From positions 10,588,270 to 10,652,269 of the forward strand of contig NC_068989.1 of assembly GCF_001194135.2 (NCBI RefSeq): 64,000 nucleotides of DNA. The letters run 5' to 3'. A model generated the notes under the pieces. That model did not search any database and was not told the origin of the DNA. It worked only from the letters and a program-made list of their open reading frames with translations. Shown one piece after another: positions 38,044-50,044 of the stretch (position 1 is its first letter; the number at the start of each line of letters is the position of its first letter). A program made the translations under genes and the position numbers. Source of the stretch: Octopus bimaculoides (lineage: Eukaryota).

Positions 38044-38873
38044 GTTGCCGCCTATCAGCTTTTAGCTTACGTGTCGTTAAAAAATAAATATTGTATTCAG
38101 TGTCTTTGTTTCCACATAGATAACTGTCTGCACCTGCTGCCACCTTTTTTGAATAATGTTTAATAGGTTCACTTTTTGTATATCCTGCCAAATTTGTTTT
38201 TCAGTCTCACCTTTTGCCCGTTTTATAAAACTCGCAATTTAAATATAGTCCAATACTATCGCCATGCCGCCTGCCTAAGAAAAAACGAGCCTTGGTCGTA
38301 AAACAGAGTCTGCTTCGGCTATCACAAGAAGGAGGGCGAGCCATGTTTCTCTAATGGCCAGTTATACTTCGTATGTGCTAGAGTTGGAAGCAAACAAAAT
38401 CTATTCGTACTTGCCCCTAATGGCAAAACGAAAAATGTGGTCTACAGAGAAGTGTTGTTAGCACTTCACGCGCCAACTGCTTTCAAATTCGTGAACCTCT
38501 GTGCCTCCACTACACCAGTAAAACCTTGCAGACCTGATATGTGGTAAGTGAGTGCTACTGTAGTCATGCTTTCACAGTTAATAACTTTCTTCAACCATGT
38601 TTCTTTTCCTTTGTCCAGCCTAAGTTTGTCATCTGTTTTCACAGAGTTTCACATTTCCCAGCAATAGTTCCGTTGCTTTCAGTGTAAACGAAAAAAAAAA
38701 AATCCCTTTTCAGGGCCACTTTACATACGATCATTACACCACCCGAGAACGCATTACAGCCCTTTTCAGGGCTTCTCATCAAATTGTTACTGCTGTGAGA
38801 ACGACAAAAAAGCCCTTTGCAGGGCTACTTCACCCGTGATTGTTACACCCCCTGAGAACGCATTAAAGCCCTT

Positions 38874-39442
38874 GGATCTTTTTTAAAACGGGGGCCACAT
38901 TTTTCATTAACGAAACACTTTGAAACTTGGAACACTGGTAGAATGTGTCATATAAAACATCTTTTTCTCTTAGTCTTCTTAAAAAAAAAGAAATCCATAA
39001 GTTATTCCATGTGAAAGTTGTCGTATTTCTGTAATTTCAACCAATCACTGACGTCCATTCAGCCGATATACATTAAGTGCCGACTACATAAACAGACGAT
39101 TCTGAAACAATTAACCCTAACCCTAACCCTAGGGTTAGGGTTAGGGTTAGGGTTAAAGCAAATTTAAAATGAAAAAAAGCAAATAAAACGAAGGTATGGA
39201 GATTAAATACGCTTTACATCGCTTAATCAGCCAAAGAAGTAAATATAAACAACTGAATACAGTGATTGGTTGAAATTATCGAAATAAGACAATTTTTTAC
39301 ATGAAATAAATTCGAATACAAAAATATTTTTCTGTTCTATAATACAAAATAGATAAGTATACGAAGTTTGAAAGTCTTTCGGTCCCAAAAACACTACGTA
39401 AAACATTAATGAAAAATGTGGCCCCCGTTTTAAAATAGATCC
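38874..39442. mobile_element. Second copy of the same MITE family, opposite orientation
   Basis: TIRs GGATC...AAAACGGGGGCCACATTTTTCA; TSD AAGCCCTT at 38866-38873 and 39443-39450. Confidence 0.85.
39112..39155. repeat. Palindromic telomere-like tract (TAACCC)3-(TAGGGT)4 inside the MITE
   Basis: taaccctaaccctaaccctagggttagggttagggttagggtta. Confidence 0.9.
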
Positions 39443-41039
39443 AAGCCCTTTTCAGGATTTCGTATCAGACTGTTACCGTTCGGATTGAGCGGTACCCGAC
39501 GACCAATTTTGTTACAATTTGCGACAATTTTGTTACAATTTTTTTACAATAAGCGATCAATTTTGTTACAATTTGGTGTTAGCGTTATTTATGCCAGGAA
39601 ATTTACTAAGTGTCAAAAACGTAGTATTTGAACCCCGAGCGACGCCGGGTACTTCTGCTAGTATGGAATACATCATAATCATACAATCATAATCTCTGCC
39701 AATTCACGGATGACTGAGATTAAACTCAAATGACAGCAACAAAAGCAACTGCAAAACAAGTACCAACAGTTAGGTTGTTTACAACATTTTTCAGAGGCAC
39801 GTATATACACAAACATAGCCACACACGCACTCAAATACACAAACACAGAGCAGTAAATTTAACTATTACTTTTGACTTCTCACCTGGTACGTACTAAAGA
39901 TTATATAGAAAGCAATTTCACAAAACATATACACTCTTGACATGCATGCAATGTTGATATATTCAAGCGATTGATAAATGAAAGTGTTGGAACGCCTATT
40001 GTTATGTAATTAACATAACGACACTATTAATAAACATATGTCGTATAAACACTGTGGCTCTGCTATAAGTTTATATGCACTCAATTCTTGTGTTTGTGTG
40101 TGTGTATGTTTATCTATCTATATATTTTAAAATTCTTTAAATTTATTTATTTATTTTATTTACGTTTTATTATTATTATTACTTATGTTTTATATTTTTA
40201 GAATTAAAAATTTTTTTAAATGTAAAAAGTTCTTTAATTTGCCTAAATTTTAATTTCTTTAAGTTTTATTTTTAATCCTTAATTTGTTTTAATGTTTTAA
40301 TTTTCTAAAATTCTTTTAATTTAATTTAATTTAAAATTATATTTGGCCTTCAATTTTAATTGGCTTTTAAAATAACTCTGATTTGATTTCATTATCGGAG
40401 TAATGGGCATTCAAAAAGTATAGAAATGTATGAATGAAGAGATTCAAATTAAGGAAGTCCAATAATAATGTTTAGCAGTTCAAAACTGTGAGTAGTGAAA
40501 TGCAGAATTAGGTCGGCTGATCGTGAGAATCAAATATTGATCGCTTCGCTAAAAACTGAAGGTGGTATGGGTTATTTCCTTTGGGTTGTTTAAATAAAAT
40601 ATTAGTAATATGTAGTAGATAGGAGGACCCTATTACCGATTTTTTTCAACAATCTAAATATGTCACAATGTTTCCAGACATGAGTTCTACTCACATGTCA
40701 AATAAAGTAAAAAAGTGATATTGTCTGCAAAAATTAGAAATTGGACACACAAAAAATCAATATTCAAAGTAATCGAACATAAACAATGAAATGCGTTATT
40801 TCTCTTGAGTGTTTAAAAATATTGTGCAAGTGGTATGGGTTATTTCCCTTGGATGTTTTTTTTAAATTAGTTATATGAGGTAGATATAAAGGTCCCTTCT
40901 AGGGGCCGTATTATGGGCTTTTTCAACAACCTAAGTATGTCACGAGGTTTCCAGACATGAGTTCTACTCACGTGTCAAGTTTCATCAAAATCAATAAAAC
41001 AATATCACCACTACTACTTATCGACTTATCGATCGTAAG

Positions 41040-41450
41040 TTCATTCCGGGATCATCATCACAATTCAAATTCTGGAGTCGTGCAGGTTTGCTTTGCCATG
41101 TAGGAAAACCTCGCACTCACACCTCACCACTCCAATTAGATCCAACGGCTGGCTCTCTCAACTGTCACTTCGGTTTCTTTCAAGATGGTGTTTGCTTGAC
41201 AATCTCAATCTGGTACCAAATCTTTTACATCCAACTTCTACAGGAAAGTATACTACACTCTAACCAGCATGTTTAGAATCTTCTAATTGTGTCTCATAAC
41301 GCTTGTCTTTCCTAGCCGGAACAGCATCAATATTGTCCCCATGTGGGACAGTTAATTCAACAAGGTATATCATCTTGCGTTCTTCACACCAGGTTACCAT
41401 ATCAGGCTTCTTTTTTGGTATTGGAAAGAGATGTTCATAGCCTAAAAGAT
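41040..41450 (-). mobile_element. HERO-like RLE LINE fragment
   Basis: Minus strand reads PDMVTWCEERKMIYLVELTVPHGDNIDAVPARKDKRY...FPVEVGCK. Confidence 0.7.
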
Positions 41451-42218
41451 GTCATCTCACAAACTTCATCTCAGTTCTCGTTGTCCACAGTTTTCTCCTG
41501 TTTTAGGTAACTCTCGTTTTTGATTCAATCCCTCATATATAATCTCTTATGTTATGCAGAAGAGTTATTTCAGCATCAACTAGAATTCTTCGCGGTATTT
41601 GTTCTGATACGTAATTAGATAGTAGTTTGTTTACCATTTCTAGCAAGACGAGACATCCTATTTGCTTCCTAGTACATTCTGGACTATTAGCCGTGAATAT
41701 CAAGATAAGAATAAAAAGCAAAAGAACTACGACCAACGAAAAAGCGACAAAGGGACCAAAAAGAACGTAAAGGTAAATAAAATAAAAATGTTATAAGTGA
41801 AAACTCAAACCATTGCGAAGCAATCTAAATTTTAAAATTATTTTGTCAACGTTTTTTGTTATAGACATTTTTTATTGAATTATTCTCAAAAAAACCCATT
41901 CAAGTGGTGTAAATTCCGATTGTTCGTATATGTTTGCTTCTAAATAAGGTATGTTTTACATTCAATATTTTTCCTTTGTTGATAGTTAAATATTATGAAA
42001 GTGGGACAGCTTGAGGCTTTGTGTATGGATAGTTTAGTAGCTAAGTAAGAATTTTTGTTCAAACCCGCTTTCCAGCTCACGTCTTGAGGCAACCAATCAA
42101 ATGCTCATTTGAACACGGAAGTTATTTAGCTCTTTGTTTGCCGATGCATAGCAGACGCTGCATGGTGAGAAGTAAGCGCCTGATAAATGAAGGTCAGGTA
42201 GCAGTTTCCATTTGCATA

Positions 42219-43333
42219 TACCGGGGTGGACTGAATAATCCACAGGATGACCATGAAGGTGTAATGCTAGTGCTGCGATATCTTGAATGCATTCATTTTA
42301 ACCCTTTTTATTAATAACTGGCGTTTGAGTGTTCAAAGGAGTCTTCAAAACTAACTAGTAGCGATCTCTCGTGAAAAATGGATAAAATTTGGTATCGTGT
42401 TGTTATCAAGTACTGCAAAAAAAAAAAAAAAAGTTTAACTCCTAACAACATACATGCTGACATGGTTGCTACATTAGGGGATGACGCTCCAGTTTTATCA
42501 ATAGTGAAAAAGAGGGCAGCTGAATTTAGGAATAAAAGGGAGAGTCTTGAAGATAATCCAAGGTCTGGACGTCCTGCAACTGCCACCACCGTAGAAAACA
42601 TTGGTCGTGTTCAGCACATGCTGATGGATGACAGGCGATTGACTATAAATCAAATAACCGATGCAATTAGCATACTCCATGAGAGTTGAGAATATTCTAT
42701 ACAATGAAACTGGTACGACGAATGTTTCTGCTTGATGGGTGCCACGTCTTCTGACACCTGATCAAAAGCACATCAGGCTGATCCCATCACGGGAAAATTT
42801 GACATTGTTTGAAGCAGACCCAGCTGGTTTCTTAGAACATTTCCTAACCCAGGATGAGTCAGAGACAGACAATCGAATGCAAAAGGCATTTACCGGATAT
42901 CTTCAAAAGAGCTACATCAACCTTTTGCGGTAGTTACGCAAAGCTGTCAAGATCAAGCACCCAGGAAAATTGACGAAAGGGGGTCTTGTTTCACCAGGAC
43001 GATGCTCCACCACACAAGACCTTAGTTTCAATGGGTGCTGTACGCGACTGTAGCTTTGAATTAGTTGATCACACCCCCTATTCTCCTGATTTGGTCCTAT
43101 CTGACTTCCATCTGTTCCCCAACATAAAAAAAACTCACTTGACTGGGAACCAATATCACAGTGATGATGACGTCATATCTGCTGTTGACTTTTTGACCAA
43201 TGGGATCCAAGCATTGCAACACCGATGGTAGAAGTGTGTGGAGAGCAAAGGAGATGATGTTGAGAAATAAATCTCATTAGTTTACATACCATGAGAGTTT
43301 TGGTCAGCTTATGAACTGTTTAGTCGACTCTTA
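42219..43333 (+). mobile_element. Degenerate mariner transposon with fragmented transposase
   Basis: MDKIWYRVVIKY...PRSGRP HTH region, WVPRLLT, FHQDDAPPH, YSPDLVLSDFHLF motifs; frameshifts and an internal deletion; eroded TIRs. Confidence 0.9.
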
Positions 43334-44478
43334 TAAAGCCAATGATAATTCCACTAGGAAAGGTAAAGAGGATTTATCATGCATCTGTTTAACGTAGATA
43401 CAATCATCTATCTGTCTCTCCCAAATACATTCCTAGTAAGAAAGTTCTTGTGCATAATAAATCTTTTGTGTTTATTAGAGATGCAATTGCATTGTGGAAG
43501 AGTCATTTTAGCCATCTAAAACACACACACAAAAATCATTAATGTTTCCATTATTAAATGAAATGTTGAAGTTTTCATCACACCATTACGACGCGGTCAC
43601 TAACACAGTTTCGCGGTGACTGCTGTGGAACTGTGCTAGTCACAGACGAGCAAGGAAAACTTTTGACAACTTATAAAAATAAACAAAAAGTGAATTTAAC
43701 AATTATATGTAAAACGTTAAACCCTTTCTATAATAGGAACAAGGTCTGGGGAGATAAAAATAAACGAAAAGTGAATTTAACAATTATGTGTAAAACGTAA
43801 ACCCCTTTCTATAATAGGAACAGGGCCTGGGGAAGTGGTGGTGGGACTAGTCGATTTCATCGACTCAAGTGCTCAACTGGTATTTATTTTACCGACTCCA
43901 AACATAAATACGGGTAAAAATTTGAACGCAGAATGTAAAAACGGACAAAATACCGCTAAGCATTTTGTCTGACGTGCCAACAATTCTGTAAGTTCGCCAC
44001 CTTAGCATGATAAGTAATATCCTTTCTAGTATAGGTATAAGTCCTGAAGTTTTGGAGAAGGAGGACAATTAATTACGTCGACTATCCCCCTCCCCCAATA
44101 TAATAGAAAATGACTAAAACGGTTTTTCCACGATGTAATTACTTTGGTTTTTACATTCGGTTTCAAATCTAGTGCTTTCTAGACAAACTGGCCTCTACAA
44201 AATCATTAGAGTGTCGATTGGAAATGTCTTAATGGTATCTTTCTGAGTTTAAATATTGTGGAGATTAACGTTGCTTTTCATTCTTCCAGGGGCCGATAAA
44301 ATAAGAAGTGACCTTTTTACCTTTTTCAGTCATTTGACTGCGTCTGTGCTGCGGCACCGCCTTGAAAAGCTTCTAACTGAATGAATCGACCCCAGAACTT
44401 CTTTCTCTTTTGCCGGACCGCTATGTTTCTGAGATATAAACACACCAGCACTGGCTGTCAACCGGTGGTGGGGGACAA

Positions 44479-44588
<110 letters not shown>

Positions 44589-45513
44589 GTATACGACGGG
44601 CTTCTTTCAGTTTCCCTACCAAATCTACTCACAATGCTTTCATCGACCCGAGACTTTATTAGAAGACACATGCACAAGGTTCCACGCAATGGGACTGAGC
44701 TCGGAACCATATAGATGGGAAGCAAGCTTCTTAAAACACAGCCACACTTGTGCCTAATGTAATTTAGTAAAATAGTTTTATTAAGCATATATATATTATG
44801 CGCGTGGGCTTGTTTGCATAAATGTACATAGTCTTTGGTCGTATGCAAACATTAACACGTACTGAATATAATGTATGATGAATTCAGTCCAACTTTAGAT
44901 ATTCTAAAATATAACTTTTAAGTATAACAACAACAATGGCAACACAAACGGTATTAAGCTGGAAACTGTGTACAGATAGTTTCTTAGCCAAGCAGTGATC
45001 ATTGTTCGTTCGATTTGACGTCAACTTACGTCATGATACGATTAATCAGATATTTGAATGCTAAAACTATGATGCTCTTCATCTGTCAATTTTGACATCA
45101 TGCATATCGGACGCTTTAAATGTCAATGCATGATATATACAAAGACCCGGAAGTTATTAGAATCTGTGTATAATCCATAGAAAATAAGGGATACACATTC
45201 CATATACTTTCCCCCATAGTAAGAAAGTTAAAATATATTATTTGTCGTGTGTTTTATTATTTGTATAGGTTCGGAAGGCGGTGAGCTGGTAGAATCGTTA
45301 GCACGCTGGTAAATTCTTAAATGCATTTCGTCCGTTTTCACGTTCTGAGTTCAAATTCCGCCGAAGTTCACTTTGTTACCTTTCGAGGTCGATAAAATAA
45401 GTACCTGTAGAGCACTGTGTGCTGAAACAAAAACAATTGTAGCGTGGAAGACGTTTGTAAGCCATTCAAAACCACACAAAAACAGTTTAATTTCATTTGT
45501 ATCAAAATATTTT

Positions 45514-45611
45514 CGTCGCTTTGAAACCGCAACCTCTTCACTGACAAAACTTCATAAAAGTGATGCAGCACAAAGTTTTATCAGTGAACAGGTCGCGGTT
45601 TCAAAGCGACG
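45514..45611. repeat. Hairpin, arms about 39 bp
   Basis: cgtcgctttgaaaccgcaacctcttcactga / tcagtgaacaggtcgcggtttcaaagcgacg. Confidence 0.8.
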
Positions 45612-46199
45612 GTGGGTGTAAAAATTTAGATTACAATTTATTTTGTTGTTTTTCTTCTACTAATGGACCACGCGTGTGTTACTTCAGCATCATCATTCTA
45701 TGAAATGTATTTAATGGGAGGAAAAAACATCAAGATATGTGAGAATGAAAAGGGAGGGTGGTTTGGGTTGTGCTAGAAACAACAACGAAACTTCCCTTGA
45801 ATTGTTCGCCATTTCTTCTGAAAATATTTACAATTTTTTTTTTTTTTACCGAAAAGGCTCCTCCCATGGTTTTTAAGTTAAGAAAGGAAAATAGCCAAAA
45901 TCGGTCCGGATAGTTATTATTGTAAGGCTTGTAGCATTCCAAATAACCATAACAAAAATTATACGGGCATTAAAAAAAATTTCATTCAATAGATAATGTT
46001 TTTACATTACGTATACATTGATCGAATAAACTGTAGGTTTTGTAAATAGCGAGTTAAACTTGAAATGAAAACATTAAATGAGAAAGTAAGACTTTGCAAA
46101 TGAAAATGGAATACTCCACAGTGAATGCAATGAATATTTAAATTTGTGAAGAATTGGACGCCGTGAATGCAATGAATATTTATATATGCGAGAAATTAG

Positions 46200-46560
46200 A
46201 GTTTAAAAACAATAAACTTGAGAAACCGAAATTATAGGATATTTCTTAGAACAATGAATTTATAAGAATATTTCCAGACAGTCAGCCCTTTAATAATTGC
46301 TTTCTTTTAGTAATTTTAGTAATTGTCGCATACCTAATTAATAAGCAGCTTTATAGTATAGATATTAACGTTTCCTCAAATCATTTAAAATCTATCGTTA
46401 ACAGTTTAGTCTCGGCTATATCGATAAATATTTCCAATCTTTCGGCTAGTGAGGAAATATTCAATGCGCACGTACCTATCTATAATCAAGCCTTAAAATT
46501 AAGCGGATTTAGCAACCAAATTTATTATATACTCGATACTAAACTTAAAACCAAAACTAT
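46200..46560 (+). mobile_element. Penelope-like element RT C-terminal relic
   Basis: DINVSSNHLKSIVNSLVSAISINISNLSASEEIFNAHVPIYNQALKLSGF resembles the PLE thumb motif Y...SNHP..I....RIS.LS....F....P.Y..AL..SG. Confidence 0.6.
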
Positions 46561-48276
46561 CTAACAACTCTAATTCTAACTTTGAATCAACTAAAATGGA
46601 CGCCTCACTGGAAAATATAAGTAAAATTAAGCCTTTAGGTAATTATATTAAGATAGGCTCCAACAATAAACGCAAATCTTCTGGTTTCAGTCAATCACAT
46701 TCTGACCAGGGAAACATTGGTCAACCCGAGGTTATGGTAGAGGTAGATACTAGTCCATGGTGTCAAAATTGTGGGGTTTATGAGCCGAACAACCTAACCA
46801 CTTAGACATTTCTGTGTCTTAAAAGCACAGTTTCACATAGACAAAGAAAGAATATAGCAAAAGAATTCTGTCCTAAAGCACACCTTCTTAAATTGAACGC
46901 ATTACAGGGAAGTATTTCTATACGCCAGTAATAGTTGTGGTTTTGCATTAGCTTGGCTGTGATTGAGCATACCTAGGATAAAGTGTGTTCAAACGGCGAC
47001 CTGTTACTTCCTTTTACAAATTTTAAGATTTTTTTAGGAGAGACAGTTGCAGCTGTCCTAGATTACTATTCTAATGACTGAAACAAGTTAAAGAAATAAG
47101 AGTTCAGACTGAACACAAATTTTGTTACTCATTCATTTAAATACAAAAATATAATTTACTTCGGATACTCTCGGATTAGAAGGAATTTTGTGTTGTTAAA
47201 CTAGCCACATGTGTGTGGTTGGAGAGAAAACAGCCAAATCATGAAATAATATACAATGGAACATGACTTCAGGGTGTATGTTTCCTTGAAACTTCGAGAA
47301 AAGAGACATAACATATCGAAAGACCGTCGTATTAAGAATAAATTCATCGTTTCGCATCAGGAAGTTCACTGAGCATATAACGATGAATTATCGATTGATA
47401 AATAACAATAAGTATCACTGAAATTATAAAAAAGACCATTGGTACTTGTTAGATCAATGCTCCCTCCCCGGGGGGTACTCACGTGCTCACTGACGAGTCA
47501 CAACATGTTGAATTACTTGTTCTAATGAATCGAGCGCGTTATGAATACGTAATCGTCGTAAAAGAGACGCTATTATGAAACGTAGACATCTGCGAATAGC
47601 ATATTTATGTTCGAATCAGCCGGAGCGTATTAAATAGTAAACATGCAAGATATCGTTGTAGGAAAGATACTCCTCGTTATAGCTTGTTGAGAGATATGAA
47701 ACCCCTAAATTATTGAAATAAGATGCTAATATATTCATAAAGAAGTCACTTTAACTATAGAAAATTTTAAGACACAATACATCTCTTATAATCAAATGAA
47801 CAAAACGTGTTTAATGCTGTCCCACACATAAATTATATTATTTTCTTTATTCACAGGTTAAATAGGTTAAATGTATTCATCCAAACACACACACGTATTC
47901 GCAGCTCGTTGACTCTCCTTTTAACTGAAATTTGCTGGAATCTAAACACTCCCTCTGCTGGCTTGCAAAGCTTTGTTTCCTATACAACTGCGTTTCTTCC
48001 CTCTATGGTCAAATAAAACTCTATTTCTTGCGTACCAGAAATAGTGGGAAGATGAGTGGGGAAAAAAAATCTTAGGGATAAGCGCGCACGCACACGCACA
48101 CCTAGTTAGAGAGCGCGGCAGACAAAGAGAACTAAAATAGAGTTCAAGCTGTTGCCGGCATGCAGGCCGTTGCATTTCCGGTTTTAAAACTACGGTATGA
48201 AAAATATATTTGGATTCTGGGCTATATATTCTCACAATCCAGAATACTCAGAATACTTTCTTAAACGCTAACACGC

Positions 48277-48366
<90 letters not shown>

Positions 48367-48470
48367 CAGCCTTCTGGTTAAATTTGAAAATTTTCATAAA
48401 AAGAAAAGGAAGCACAATATCCCATCCAAAAATGAAAAATATCAAATAAAAAATATAAAGTAAATTATGG

Positions 48471-48670
48471 CTAGAAGTAGCTGCTGTCATCTTCCACCAC
48501 AGCTTCAAAGACGGCTCCGGAACCCCTGCGCACACGTTCATCACTGTGTTCCTGGAAAGATCTTCGAACACCTTGATCTTGACCATCAGTTCGACCTTGA
48601 TGTTGCAGGTAGAGCGGTGAAAGTCCTTGTCGACTGCGCCACACACACAGTAATCCGTGAGAAGCTTTGA
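48471..48670 (-). other. Orphan GC-rich exon-like segment, reading frame ambiguous
   Basis: Acceptor tatttcctcAG at 48672-48671. One frame has strong C/G third-position bias (DYCVCGAVDKDFHRSTCNIKVELMVKIKVFEDLSRN); another ends at TAG 48473-48471 exactly where composition turns AT-rich. Confidence 0.4.
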
Positions 48671-48763
48671 CTGAGGAAATACATAATAACGTTGAAATAC
48701 CACGATTTCAAAGTTCTCTTACATCAACGAATCACAAGTATTATTAACAACCATCGTCTAGAG

Positions 48764-49077
48764 CAGGAGTTTTCAAACTGTGGTCCACGGACCACAGGGG
48801 GTCCGCAAGGACAAGACAGGGGGTCCGTGGACAGCAAATACTTTTTATGGGCAATTTGATTTTATAGATGTTTTTTTAATCGAAATCTTTTAATTGACAA
48901 TAAACCTATTTGTTAAATACTGTTAAATAAATAAATGTAAAAATATATGTTATTTTAAGCAAATATCTATGTATAAATTTCATAAGCGTTTATAAGGGTT
49001 AGGGTTAGGGTTAGGGCCCCTAAGGTAAAGCCTGAAATATAAAGGGGTCCGCAAGTCAAAAAGTTTGAAAACCTCTG
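48764..49077. mobile_element. hAT-type MITE with an internal (TTAGGG)n tract
   Basis: TIRs CAGGAGTTTTCAAAC/CAGAGGTTTTCAAAC; perfect TSD GTCTAGAG; TTAGGG repeats at about 48993-49016. Confidence 0.9.
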
Positions 49078-49240
49078 GTCTAGAGGAGATAGATGTTTTC
49101 TGATAATAAAAAACAATACCGATCATCATATTCACGTTCGAATTTGCTAAAAGGTAGTAAGAATGAACAGATACGCTATTGTTTGAATTCTCGATATTCT
49201 GCATCTACCTCATCGCACGCGTACACACAAACACACACAC

Positions 49241-49273
<33 letters not shown>

Positions 49274-49305
49274 TATATGTATATAAATATGTATATATAT
49301 AAGTA

Positions 49306-49353
<48 letters not shown>

Positions 49354-49737
49354 GTGGAGGCGCAATAGCCCAGTGGTTAGGGCAGCGGACTCGCAGTCGT
49401 AGGTTCGTGGTTTCGATTCCCGGACCGGGCATTGTGAGTGTTTATTGGGCGAAAACACTTAAAGCTCCACGAAGCTCCGGCAGGAGGTGGTGGCGAACCC
49501 TGGTGTACTCTTTCACCACAACTTTCTCTCACTCTTTCTTCCTGTTTCTGTTGTACCTGTATTTCAAAGGGCCAGCTTTGTCACACTGTGTCACGCTGAA
49601 TATCCCTGAGAACTACGTTAAGAGTACACGTGTCTGTGGAGTGGCTCAGCCACTGGCACGTTAATTTCACGAGCGAGCTGTTCCGTTGATTGGATCAACT
49701 GGTACCCCCGTCATCGTAGCCGACGGAGTGCCGTGAT
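49354..49737 (+). mobile_element. SINE family 2 copy inserted in an (ATCT)n tract
   Basis: Colinear with 11604-11995. Confidence 0.85.
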
Positions 49738-49744
49738 AGTAATC

Positions 49745-49792
<48 letters not shown>

Positions 49793-49822
49793 AATCTATC
49801 TATCTATCTATCTATCTATCTG

Positions 49823-50044
49823 TACGTAGGGTTGCTGAAAAGTTCCTGGCTTTAAGGGTGTCGCGAAACGCCTGATTGGAAGCCCAACATTCCAAGTTCT
49901 TTTACAGGGCTTAAAAAAGTTGAACGACCGCTACAATAAGTGTGTGAATCTGAGGAAGGAATATGTTGAATAAAATCATAATTAACTGATCCTCCTGTAT
50001 TTTCTTTTACCCAAAGACTGGAAATATTCAGCACCCACCTCGTA
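49823..50044. mobile_element. Mariner-derived MITE
   Basis: TA flanks; TIRs CG(T)AGGG..GCTGAAAAGTTCCTGGCTTT; retains a DRYNKCVNLRKEYVE* transposase-tail remnant. Confidence 0.85.

Larger units (their letters stand above)
36388..39661 (+). mobile_element. Internally deleted Helitron
   Basis: Begins A|TCTATATATATAAAAC; ends with hairpin CCCG-AGCGACGC-CGGG and CTAG|T; no TSD. RepHel C-terminal remnant PCFSNGQLYFVCARVGSKQNLFVLAPNGKTKNVVYREVL at 38341-38458. Confidence 0.88.
33450..40010. repeat. Inverted segmental duplication: left arm about 33450-34460; right arm about 35735-36387 plus 39662-40010
   Basis: Continuous reverse-complement similarity covering the exon, intronic flank and SINE relics; the right arm is split by the Helitron. 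Confidence 0.88.

Noticed and set aside
39112-39155. Telomere fusion site
   Set aside because: Orientation is CCCTAA then TTAGGG, the opposite of a fusion, and it lies inside a MITE bounded by TSDs.
41533-41736. Hydrophobic-start ORF MVVVLLLFIL...
   Set aside because: Starts at TTG, lacks splice support and abuts the HERO-like fragment.
43670-43830. Spaced direct repeats as a CRISPR-like array (also 46120-46190, 55730-55770, 56398-56455)
   Set aside because: Only 2-3 contiguous tandem units, no unique spacers, eukaryotic context.
46596-46805. 69-aa ORF, or lectin-like words on the minus strand
   Set aside because: Needs frameshifts to look like a lectin and follows directly on the Penelope relic.
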